A stretch of 64,000 bases of DNA from Antedon mediterranea (Eukaryota; Animalia; Echinodermata). A program made the position numbers and the translations under genes. Below, in pieces: positions 14,101 to 25,800 of the stretch; position 1 is the first letter of the stretch; each line of letters starts with the position of its first letter. The notes below the pieces were generated by a model. It saw nothing but the letters and a program-made list of their open reading frames with translations. It did not search any database and was not told where the DNA came from. The stretch covers positions 20,195,432 to 20,259,431 of the forward strand of contig NC_092679.1 in the NCBI RefSeq assembly GCF_964355755.1, written 5' to 3'.

Positions 14101-16375
14101 AATGACATTAAAGTAATGATAACATTTTATTTAAAAAATATAAAATGAGCACTTTTAATTGTTTTCTCCCAAAATTAGGTTTCCAAAATGAACGCCAGAC
14201 ATTGGATATATCATGTTTATTTTAACTAATTTCATCTAACTACTGTATAATTGGAGTTGGATAGCCGAGTGGTTAGGACACTTGACTGTCATACAGATAG
14301 ACCCGGGTTCAATTCCCGACAACTCCCAGTCCACTCAGCTGTAAATGAGTACCTGGTTGAAAATACTAGGGAGAAAAAAGGCGGCATGGAAAAGAACTGG
14401 CCACCCTACCACATAATGCCGAGGCTTAGTACAATGAGCTCCTAACAGCTCATTCCCCCTACGTTCAGAATGAATACGGGACTCAGCTTAACCTTAACTG
14501 TATAATTACTCCCACAGTTATTGATGGTACCGATATTGTATACCGTGACTATGTTGACATCAGTGTTGCCGTCGCAACTCCAAAGGTATAGTGACAACTT
14601 TTGCTTACAAATTATTACAATTGAATCTATTGAAGTGAGTATGATAAAACAATAGGTGAAAATCTACAGCCAATAATATAGGCACTTGTTCTTGTATTGT
14701 CCCACTTGCTCTGTTCATAATCAATTAATTGCAACCATGTTATTAGTCGACAAACCCGTGTCAGATGCACGTCTATTCTTTTATTATATTTTCTAAATAG
14801 AGGGCAGCAGACATATTTTTTGCCTGTCACTCTATATAGAAAATATAGGAATTTACAATTACATTTTAATGATTACAATATAAACATAAAATGTCCTATG
14901 TCCATTTAAAATGGCTATAAACTGAATAGTGTTTAAAAGGAAGAGTTCTACTGTTTAACATAACTATATCATTACTGGTGTTTTTTGTTGCTATCTAGGG
15001 TCTTGTTGTTATCATTACTGGTGTTTTTTGTTGCTATCTAGGGTCTTGTTGTTCCAGTTATTAGGAATGTTGGTAGTATGAACTTTGCAGATATTGAAAG
15101 AACAATTAATGAATTGGGAGAAAAGGTAAATGTTGGTACTTATTACAGTATGAATTGGTCAGTTGGTTTGGTGAGTGGTCAGTTGGATGAATGATCAGTT
15201 TAACAAATGGTCAGTTGATCAAATGGCCAGTCAGTTGAATGATTAATGCAGTCACCTATTATTTGATCAATTGATTTGAACCCAGTATTATGAAAATGGA
15301 ATGCAACTCTCTTTAGCATCAATACTTTGTTTGTTTTTTTTTAAAACAGGCTCGATCTGGTACACTGGCAATTGAAGATATGGATGGTGGTACATTTACC
15401 ATCAGTAATGGTGGTGTGTTTGGATCAATGTTTGGTACCCCTATTATCAACCCACCGCAATCAGCAATTCTAGGCATGCATGCTGTTGTAGATAGACCTG
15501 TGGCCATCAATGGAAAGGTAATGAGATATCTTAATAGGAAGATGTGTAGGACAAACTTGGTCCCGCATACCTCATCGGCAATACTGATTTGCATTTATAT
15601 TGCCCTTTATATGATAAACATCTATAAGCACAGTGGTCCAAAACTTTCATCTCAAAGTGTCCTTTTGTGTAAAGTGATGCGGCAAAAGGCAAATATGACA
15701 TGGGCTGAGATGAACCAGTACACCCGAGTAACCTCACACTCTTTCAAAAGATCCTGCGATTTTATCCGAGAGAACTTTATAATTCTCTTCTATTGTTTTA
15801 TTTTAATTGTTTGATTTGCCATGAACATGTGAAAATAATGAACAATTTTATTTTATGTTATGCCATGTTTATATGTACTTATATCAATGTATATGTACAG
15901 TATGTATGTGTTTTATTTAACCTTTCTGTTTTGAACCTCACCTGGTATCTGGTTGTCCTGGCAATAGTATTCCCTAACAATGCACGTCCCCTGTTAATCC
16001 TGTCATGGTCTATTTATTATTCTTTTGACGGTATCTTTATTAATGTAACTAGTCTTTAGTGGGTCTTCTATCACAAGCCCATCATCTTTTAAAATATGTT
16101 TTTCTCCTTGTTTGTTTGTGTTTTTGTTTGTTTTATGAGATGAATAAAGAGAAGTTATATAAATTAGAGATGACAATGTTGGCGATATACTATACATATA
16201 CCCTTTTATTTTTCTATACAATTGTTTTTCTTCTTTTCAGGTTGAAATCAAACCAATCATGTACGTTGCCCTCACATACGACCATAGATTGATAGATGGA
16301 CGAGAAGCAGTTATATTTCTGCGCAAGATCAAATCGGCAGTAGAAGATCCACATATACACTTACTAGACATCTAA
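5159..16375 (+). CDS. DLST: Dihydrolipoamide succinyltransferase (E2 of 2-oxoglutarate dehydrogenase), mitochondrial; multi-exon
   Basis: Phase-consistent GT-AG exons: 11620-11694 ([17 protein letters not shown]), 12030-12085 (EIETDK, lipoyl Lys), 12354-12462, 12760-12927 (Pro/Ala/Thr hinge), 13131-13207, 13371-13468 ([24 protein letters not shown]), 13752-13882, 14518-14585, 15042-15125, 15350-15517 ([28 protein letters not shown]), 16241-16375 ([17 protein letters not shown]). The transit-peptide exons 5159-5221, 5755-5785 and 7703-7776 are less certain, and at least one small exon between 5785 and 7703 is unresolved (phase mismatch). Confidence 0.95.
6325..6520. repeat. Short intronic minisatellites (~23-bp actctctgactatggagtactgt; degenerate gacttggaataagccc)
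   Basis: Direct repeats visible in the sequence. Confidence 0.7.
7921..8030 (+). mobile_element. Degenerate 5' fragment of a related HINE
   Basis: ttatctccattgaaggaggttatgttgtaacccc followed by (tgtc)n, similar to the 5' end of 1049-1648. Confidence 0.5.
8039..8237. mobile_element. hAT-like MITE remnant
   Basis: Imperfect TIR CAGTAGCGTAACG..CGTAACGCCACTG; no clear TSD. Confidence 0.45.
8620..8780 (+). mobile_element. LINE 3' end with (ttgaatc)n tail; an inverted copy lies at about 42862-42925
   Basis: ccaagaaaa..aatttccatttt..tggaccaatacaatt.cttgaatcttgaat matches the reverse complement at 42862-42925. Confidence 0.6.
14253..14496 (+). mobile_element. tRNA-derived SINE with a conserved central domain, flanked by an 11-bp TSD
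   Basis: TAGCCGAGTGG and GGTTCAATTCC boxes; CCACTCAGCTGTAAATGAGTACC core; (cttaac)n tail; actgtataatt duplicated at 14242-14252 and 14497-14507. Confidence 0.85.
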
Positions 16376-17892
16376 GCATTAATAAGTGAGCTGTGTCAGG
16401 TTCTTTTTCTACTGCAGTAACTGCTGTATTCTATTGCAGTAATCACTATGTATTACTGCAGTTACTGCAGTAATTTAATGATAACCTGGGGATTATTTAC
16501 ATATGTTTTATTTCAGATTAAAAGTGGTGACTGTTTATTACCTCTTTGTTGGGACTTTATCGGATTTATTTTACTGCAGAAATTGCTGTTTTCTACTGCA
16601 GTACTTGTAATGATAGATTGTGGTTTTATGTACCTTATTTGATTTCTGCAAACATCCAACAGCAAAGTGACAATCCCCAAATGACAGGCTTAGTTAGTTA
16701 GTTAGTATTGTTGTATTCATAAAATATTGAAGGTGCGTTTGACGTGGTCATCGGCAGTAATCAAAAGTTGATTACTCTCGCTCACTAAAGATCGTGGCCC
16801 ATTCATTTCCCCTCCTCCCCCCCCCCCCACCTACCACTCATTCATTCAGGGCCTGATCCAATATATTTTTAATGTGGAGAACACTAACAATACATATAGT
16901 ATTAATATTTTGTCAAAAATGAATATCAAAGCGTAGTCATTTTAGCTGTCAATACCCGCTGGATCCGCCTGGTGTTAAGACAGTATTTTTCGCATCACCA
17001 GTCACATTCAGTCGGTGTGAATGTGTCTCGGGTCACAAGCTATGCCAGTGTGGAGTACATAGCAATTTGCCATGTGCAGGAGTAATATACAGATTATACA
17101 CTGGTTAATGGCACTAAATAATCTTTGGTAATCTACAGTAGTCTAAGCCCCCAGTTCAAAATAATCTACATCTACCCAATGCTTTGGAATAGCAAACTGA
17201 TTGCAATGTATAGACCCAAATATACACCAAAGAAAACAGAATAAAAATGCAATTTAGCAAGTCTCTTAGTTACATATTCATATAAATATTACAAGAATGA
17301 TTAAATAGATTTCTTATATTGTAAAAATCTCGTACTACAACAAGGACAAAAATACTTGGTATGACTCAAAAGTTCCATCATGTGGTTTTTATTGGTAAGT
17401 CTGAACATGGTATGATGCTGTTTCATGAGAAGTTTGCTTGCTTAATTGCTGTGTTATGACGTCATGGCACGAAAATAGCTATGACTCTCAAAACTCTCCA
17501 CCATTCAAGTCTCTCTATTGACAAACCCATGTCTGTTATGTTATGTTTGTTCATGCAGTAGAGTCAATAATGAACTAGTATCGTTTTATAATGGACTGTG
17601 TTATTACTGCAGTGAGCTATTTGATGGTGCTGCAGTAGACAGTCTATACATACATTTAAATTTTCTGTCGAACTGTTTTACCTGGAATTTGTTGTTTGGG
17701 AATTTATAAATTTTTCGTGTAAAAAAGTTTGTTGAATTGAGATTCATTGAGATAGTATTGGTACGCATGTCAACTTTGCACAAAAATAGACATTTATCAG
17801 TACTTCTGTTTGATAAAATATTTTCTGGAAAATTATTGTTTGTAAAAATTAATCAAAACATAAATTCTCATCTAATCAATTGGCTAACTATA

Positions 17893-18320
17893 CAGTAGAA
17901 CCCCTATTAAGGGGACAACATAAAAGGTGTCCCCTTAATAGGTGTAGTATAACTGTGTATATTGCCCATCTTCCATTTCATGGGATCCTTGATATAGTGT
18001 CCCTGATTTAAGTCCCTTTAATGTAGGAGTCCCCTTAATATAGGAGTCCCCTTAATGGAGGCGTCCCCTTAATAGAGGTGTCTCTGATTAAAGACGTCCC
18101 TTTAATATAGGCGTCCCCTTAATAGAGGCGTCCCCTTAATAGAGGCGTCCCCTTAATAGAGGCGTCCCCTTAATAGAGGTGTCTCTGATTAAAGACGTCC
18201 CTTTAATATAGGAGTCCCCTTAATAGAGGCGTCTCCTTAATAGAGGCGTCCCCTTAATAGAGGCGTCCTCTTAATAGAGGTGTCTCTGATTAAAGATGTC
18301 CTGAAGGAAGGGATCTACTG
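17893..18320. mobile_element. Tc1/mariner(pogo)-type MITE with an internal 17-bp tandem array; degenerate relatives at about 9730-9900 and 11395-11472
   Basis: TA|CAGTAGAACCCC..GGGATCTACTG|TA; (gtccccttaatagaggc)n at about 18025-18300. Confidence 0.8.
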
Positions 18321-19134
18321 TATTTGATTTTTGTAGCCCTCCAAACAAATTTATATATCAATTGTAAATCCGAAATTTGATCTACCTGTTTTATTACCGT
18401 TAATCCCATATTTTAATCTCTAAACGGGCAAACAATATCAAATTCGAGTTCCGTTTTTAAAGAATAATATATAGCGATTTAGATACCATACTACACGAGG
18501 CCGTAAAATTGTGACATTTAAAATATAAGTTGAAATAAGTCTATACAACAGTTCTTCCTTTAACGACAAGGTTTAAGCAATACTGGTACAATAGCTATAT
18601 TTTCAGGTATTCGGTTTTTGCCGAAGTGTCAACAAGTAAATAGTGAACAGATCACGTTTGACCATTACACCATAGACGGCTGAGTTTAATAGAAATTTAG
18701 GACTAGTTTAAAAGTAAAAATAATTTATAATTACAGTTTTGGTTAATTTGCTAAATAGTAACAATTATATAAAATGAAATATATAATAATTTGTCAAGAA
18801 TATTGTGGAATGTTTAATGAGTAATAAATATAATATTGTTTTGTTCTCTTAAAATGAATTTTTAACTTTTATTATATTGAAATATTAAGATGTTTTCAAT
18901 AACGTCAAAATACACGCTCGTTTGAGGAATACGTCATGTACATTATGTTTTCATATTTGGTGTGTTTTCACTTTTGTGGGTTCTATGCTACTTGTGTAGT
19001 TGTCTTCAATTCGATACTCCTTACGTTTGACAGTGCGTGAGTCGGAATTAAACGGGAAGGAAACGTACGAGTTCCTTTTAATTTTATATGACTTCGGTGG
19101 ATTTTTTTTTCTACTTTAACGTTTGTTGCTACAT

Positions 19135-19316
19135 TAAGCTTGGTACCCACTAGAACGTAACGCAAGGACGTAAACGCAATGCAAGCGTTTTAACCAATGA
19201 CAAGCGAGGTTATAGACAGTTAGCAATCACAAGCGAATAAGCCATCGCTTGTGATTGGTCAATTCACTTGCGTTGCGTTACGTCCTTGTGTTGCGTTGCT
19301 AGTGGGAACCACGCTT
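19135..19316. mobile_element. MITE family 2 (TIR AGCTTGGTTCCCACTAG), PIF/Harbinger-like; other copies at about 20860-21020, 21511-21590, 24728-24877 + 28538-28590, 31997-32150 and 34906-35074
   Basis: Repeated TIR with internal AACGCAACGCAAG/CTTGCGTTGCGTT and ACCAATCACAAG motifs; TAA/TTA flanks. Confidence 0.85.
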
Positions 19317-22096
19317 GTGCTGGCGTTTTACTTTAACGGTTTTAACCTATACCCCATAAAGATTTATGAAGTTTTGTAGACACTGCAACACAAAAACTAG
19401 CGGTGCGAAAGATTACTAAAAATAATATGTTCACGAGATCTTACTGCTTTGTAACCACTACTTATATTTATGTTTTGTGTGTTAAGTTAAATGCCTGGCT
19501 TCTTCCATTCAAAAACTTCCGCCCCACCTGACAATAGATTATTATAATAAAATAATACGTAATTATCACGAGATGCGATTACCGGAGAAGTACAAACATA
19601 GGTATGACTATTAAAAATGTCAAGCATGTTGGTTCACATTTATGGGCTAATGTACTTTCCTGTTTTATTTGTATGATTGTTTGTCTTTATAAATTGCGTC
19701 GAGTGTTCTATGAAGGTATCGTACGGTACCTCTCGGTACAACAGGACACAAAAGTCAATTATACACACCCCTAGAGTGAAGTGCTACTAGCGTGTTTACA
19801 TCGGTACCTAATTGTTGAAATTAGGTCGAGAGGCCAGCTCAAGTGTGTGTTGTTACTAAGGGAGACAGGGAAAAGTTATACACTTTCTCTAGGAAGACAG
19901 GGTCATCTTAGTACCCTATTGTAGCCATACATCAATAAGAAAGCTATAATATTTGTCAATAATGGCGTACAACTACTTTAAGCAGCGCTAGACGACTTGC
20001 TAATTTTCACCACCCGAAAAAGTGGTTATTGCCGAGCTTAAAAACCACCCCTCTTCTGGCCTTTCTCTGCCATGAAAACTTATATAATATACGTAACTTT
20101 ACCTAAAGTCTGCTCAGTGTATAAACACTCGACCAAGAATAGATGAGCGTTTTCTTTTATTTCCCTTTGTTAGGTGGAAATACGGGAACACAATGCGATA
20201 CGTATCAAATGTACGTTCTGGAATTCCAATGCGAAACAAGAGAATTTACAACGCTAATTTGTAGAGAAGTATTCCGTTATATAGCCTAATTAACATCACA
20301 GCATAACAAAGTGTTTATTTGTATATTTATATTATATAACCAACCTTATATAACTGAATTTTTACGCGTCGTGTTTTTTTGTTTCGTTCGTTATCCATTA
20401 AAGAACACATTGTTTTCTCTTGCTATAACATTGTGTTTTTTCAGACCTAAGGCCGTATGTTAATTTCTTACTTTGTATATAGTATAATGGCCTACAGGTA
20501 CATAAATAATCTTTAAAAGCGCCGTAAGCCCAAATACGCAATGTTCGGTTGCAAGAATTCCCAAAATAGAAACATGGGGTCGCGTTCAAAAAAGGTTGCG
20601 GAACGCTGGTTAAAAAAACCCATTTCTGCTAAAACGTCATAACCATGACGTATGAATGGTATTGTTCTTATTGGCTTGTGAAAATACAATTTTCATCAAA
20701 GACAGTATAAATGCCAGTATAAGTCTTTGTTTATGTAGAGCATCTTGTGTATATGTTTGTCTTGAGAATGAAGGATAGTAAATGAATGTGGTTATCCTTG
20801 GCAATTTGCCTAAAAAATGAGAATTTAAAAAAAAATGCCATCTATTTTTTGTCATTCGTTATCGTCTATGCGACGGAACGCAAAACGCAAAAGTGGGAAC
20901 CGACGACGAAACAGTGCTGCAAACATCCCATGTTTGATTTCACACAGTCGGGGCAAACATAATTAATGGAAGGTTGTGTAGGTTGCGTAACGTTGCGTCG
21001 CTAGTGGGAACCAAGCTTTACAGGCGTTGATTGTATTAATTAGTACTCTATTTGATTTCTTTTAAAACATAATGTCTGCTACGCACAAGCCATTTGCTTT
21101 ATCTGACATTCCGCTTTCGTTATATAAGTTTCAGATATATTTTGAAAATAAAGAAAAACAAAACATGTTATTCTGTTTGAAAGGATTGTTGAAACAAGAG
21201 TTTTTCTACTCAATTTAGATGGCGTTACAAAATCGAACAATTAAATTATTATCTGCTATAAATCGAAATAGATCCAAGCAAGGATAATTTGTTCATTGAC
21301 CGAGTTATAAATATTCTTCTACTACACGCTACGTTTGCTTATATTTTACAACAATTTTATGTATTTTGTATCATATTTCACTGTCAGTCATTTTTATTTC
21401 AGAGTATGCTAATACGAGAAAACGTTTTATAATAGAACAATACAATTGTCATGAGTACAATATTTTGTCGAAACATGTGTAACCAAAACCATGTTAACTT
21501 GTATACACATAAAGCTTTTTTCTCACTAGCGACGCAACGTAACGCAATCTACGCAAAGTAAGATAATTCCTTTATAATAATTGTGTTTGGTAAGGTAAAT
21601 GTATAAGAACTATTCAGATTCATCTAAGCGTGGATAATTTGTTCACTGGCCGAGTTCGAAATATTTCATTCTACGAAAATCTAATTTTACGCTATCACTA
21701 TGTCAGTTATTAGTTCGTATTATATTTTAGTGATTTAATTTAAGACTATATTAACAAAACGAATACGTTACCGTATATAATAGAATGATTATAGTGACTA
21801 CTAACAATATTTCGTCGAAACCACGGTAACTTTTACGCAAAAACGATCATTTTAACAGACACAGGATGATACAGTAAATGTAATCCTGTAATATATTATC
21901 GGTATTTTTATTGACTACACAAGATAAGTACGGTATGTCATACTAAATTGATAAAAAAGTGAAAAATAATATTTAATGGTAGAATGTGAAAATGTGGTCA
22001 ATGCGAAGTCTTGTGTATTTTTTTACTTACATGGTGCATTCGGTATTTTGTAATGTATAAGATTAAAATGCTAGGTAATGTTTTTATTAAACAAGG

Positions 22097-22555
22097 CTTA
22101 TTCGACAGAGGTAGGCCTATTTATATTCAACAGAAGTAGGCCTAATTATTCGGCAACGGTAAGCCTACTTATTCGACAGAGGTAGGCCTACTTATTCAAC
22201 AGAGGTAGGCCTACTCATTCGACATAAGTAGGCCTACCTATTCGGAAATGGTATGCCTATACTTATTCGACAGAGGTAGGCCTACTTATTCGACAGAGGT
22301 ACATATTCGACCACGATACTGCTACGATGTCCATTCGAATGCAGCGCTAATTCGACAAGGCACTTATTCGACTACGATGTCCATTCGAATGCAGCGCTAA
22401 TTCGACAAGGCACTTATTCGACTACGATGTCCATTTCGAATGCAGCGGTTATTCGACAAGACACTTATTCGACTACGATCTCCATTTCGAATGCAGCGGT
22501 TATTCGAAAAGACACTTATTCGACTACGATGCTCATCGATAAATCGACTTATTCT
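22097..22555. repeat. Compound TTATTCGAC minisatellite (about 23-bp units, then 46-47-bp units) just upstream of MOXD1
   Basis: (cttattcgacagaggtaggccta)n followed by (cttattcgactacgatgtccattcgaatgcagcgctaattcgacaaggca)n. Confidence 0.9.
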
Positions 22556-22829
22556 TATTCAATATACGAAATTACATTGGTAAGTTATGTAATGAAACAC
22601 CGATATTAATAGAATTATATTGACGTCACATCAACCTGTTTTTGTTGTTACCCACGTGACCGTGTGTTGAATCTGCACAGAGGCAGTCGCCGAAATATTA
22701 TATTTATTTTGTATTACACAGGAGCCGTGCCTTATTATAGTAAGTGACTGTGCAAATTTGAAACCCATTTATACGTCTATACCAGTGTTGATACCACGCC
22801 ATTGTGTCTTATTGACGACGATTGATAAG

Positions 22830-25800
22830 ATGGATGTGTTTTACGTTCTCTTACTTCTGTCTATTTCCTCGAATATTAATGCACAAAATACCATCAATGA
22901 AGACCACAATGTGGCTTTAAATGAGGAAAACGATGTTATGTTAAAGTGGAGAGTAGATGGAGATGATATTTTCTTCGAAATGAGCGCCGCGACTACGGGT
23001 TATGTGGCGATTGGATTCTCTCCAAACGGCGGTATGCCAGGAGCTGATATCGTGGCGGGATGGGTCAAAAACGGACGGGCATATTTATCCGTAAGTTACC
23101 AATTGAATTAGTATACATAGTTTATTATTACAATCGCGTAGTATACCGTAAAACATGCTAACACGCATGGCCATGAACAGGGACGACTCACGAGCAAAAA
23201 ATACGATACGATATCATGTAGAAAAAAACCTATAGGAAGCCAATTATTATAAACAGAAAGTGGCTCAAAAGCAAGAATTGTAGATGCCAGAATAGTATAC
23301 AGTAATAAGTATTAGTTAATTGTACAGAGCCAATAAGTTAACGCGTTTTGTCGACTTCCATTCAAGCCAATTGTTAAGGTGTAGGCCTATGGTAAGTCGT
23401 TATTTTTATATATATTATTATGTTTCTTTTAATTGAAATAGAAATATATCGTTCCCTCTTGATTACTGTTTATATTGACTTAATAATATTAAACACATAA
23501 TAACACACTGATTTGGATTACAATACCATATTGTCAAAACCACACCTCAATGTTGCTTCTTACCCAAGACACATTGATATGTTGTCGGCTTCCGCTTTAT
23601 ATCCGTCAATGTAAATCTATTAATCTCAACAATTGTACCAAAGTGCTTAAAACAAGAATTAATATGGGAGAAAAAAACAGATTGAATTACAAAGAATTAA
23701 AAAGATGGGTTTTTGAAAGGGTTTTGAAAACCTAGATAGAATGTGAATCTTGAATGGAATTAGGAAGATTGTTGCTTAGGAGCCACAACTGCAAAGGATC
23801 GATCATTGGTCACCGTCATAACCTGTTGATTGAAAAGGGGCGACATTTAAACATTAACCGAGAGTCTAGAATATGAATGTTCTTTGATAAATTAAGTTTA
23901 GAAGATGAAAAACATTTTATTTTTACTGTCCTTTTTTATAGAAACATTAGGAAAAAATATTGATTTAAATATATACAAGTTTAAAAATATGTTTTGTAAA
24001 CAATGAAATCCATACAATTAAGTATTTTGCAACTTACTTATATAAAGCTTATGAAAAAAGAAAAACCTGTATAAGATTTTTTTATGTGAAATGGACCGGA
24101 GGCCATTGTTTATTGAAATAAAAGAAAAAAAGAAAGGTCTTCAGGCGACTAGTTGAAACAAGAAGTACAAATTTAGTCGACACGTTTACACATTGAATAT
24201 ATTCGTTTAATTAAGGTGGAAATGTATGATGCTGATTATTGTTATTTTTATTATTAAATAATGTTATTCCTCAGGATCGTCATGCTACGACTTATTCCAG
24301 ACCGGTGGCCGATGCATCGGACGATTATGAACTTCTGTATGGTTACGAAGAAAACGGTAAAACGACCATGGCCTTCAAACGCAAGCTGAACACATGTGAC
24401 GATAAAGATAATATAATCACGGTAAATTTATTTATTTTATTTTTTTAATTAATTGCCAGATAAAGTGAACTAATACAAATAACATTATACAGTGACGCAC
24501 TATCAAAGTGGCTCTCCATGCGCTTAACCACAAAAACGTTTAACAAATAAGAGCTTTGAAAGTAAGTTTCTAAATAATGATGTACATGTCAATAGTGTGT
24601 GTATAATAATAAAAACCTAATTGTTTAATGTTAATAGATCTCAACAAACCTAAAACGATAATTCAAAAGAAAGAATACGTAGAGTATAGTAAGAAAGACA
24701 GTTTATGACGTCAACCGTTTTTCCCCTAAAGCGTGGTTCTCACTAGAATGCACCGCGGTGATGTATTGACGCAAAGTGGTGTATTGCGTAATCACAATCG
24801 CAACAGTGCTGCAAACATCGCAGGTTTGATTTCACGCAGGCGGGAGGGAGCAAGCACAACTATTGGAAGGGCATTTTATTAATAATAATAATAATAATAA
24901 TAAATAACATTTATAAAGCGCAAGAGACAAAGGTTTCAAAGCGCTGTGTTTTCCAAGATCAGTGCAAGTAGTAGCGTGCGATTATGCTTCTCTGAAGAGA
25001 TGAGTTTTGAGTTTAGTTTTAAATGTGAAAACAGATTTTGATGAGCGTATTTCGAGTGGTAGAGTGTTCCAGAGTTTTGGGGCTGCGACAGCGAAAGCAC
25101 GATCACCGTAAAACCGAGTTCTGGAACGGGGTCCAGGTTTTAGAAGAAGTCTGCTGGATGAACGAAGCGAAGAGTTGGTTGACGGAGTAATGATGTCACA
25201 TATGTAGGCTGGAGCACATCCGTTGATGGCCTTATATGTCAGCAACAGGATTTTAAAACGAATGCGCTGATCAACAGGCAACCAGTGTAAGTCACGTAAA
25301 ACGGGAGAAATATGTTCATGTCGTTTAGTGCCAGTGATAAGTCTTGCGGCGGAATTTTGGATTCGTTGAAGAGGAGACAGATAAGAAGTTGGTAGGCCGT
25401 ACAGAAGCGAGTTATTACAGTCCAGACGAGATGAAACAAAAGCATGAACAAGACGTTCAGTTGATGTTTTGTCAAGGTACTTACGAATCTGGCCGATCTG
25501 GTAAATTCCAAAGGAAGCACCACGGCAAACATTACGAATGTGTTCTTTTAAACCGAGGCTGTTGTCTAGTTGGACGCCTAGATTTCTGGCTGAGCTGGAG
25601 GTAGAGACACTAGTATCTCCGATATGGACCAAAGGAAATGATGATGCCTCACGGAACTTTGAATGAAAATGGATCATTTCAGTCTTGGAGTCGTTGAGCA
25701 TGAGTTTATTTTGAATGGCCCATGAGCGAACATCTGCAATGCATGAAAGGCTGTTAACAGATTCAGAGTGATGTGTAGGTTTCATGATTAAATATAGTTG

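Noticed and set aside
17990-18300. Regular short repeats resembling a CRISPR array
   Set aside because: Head-to-tail 17-mers without unique spacers, inside a MITE.
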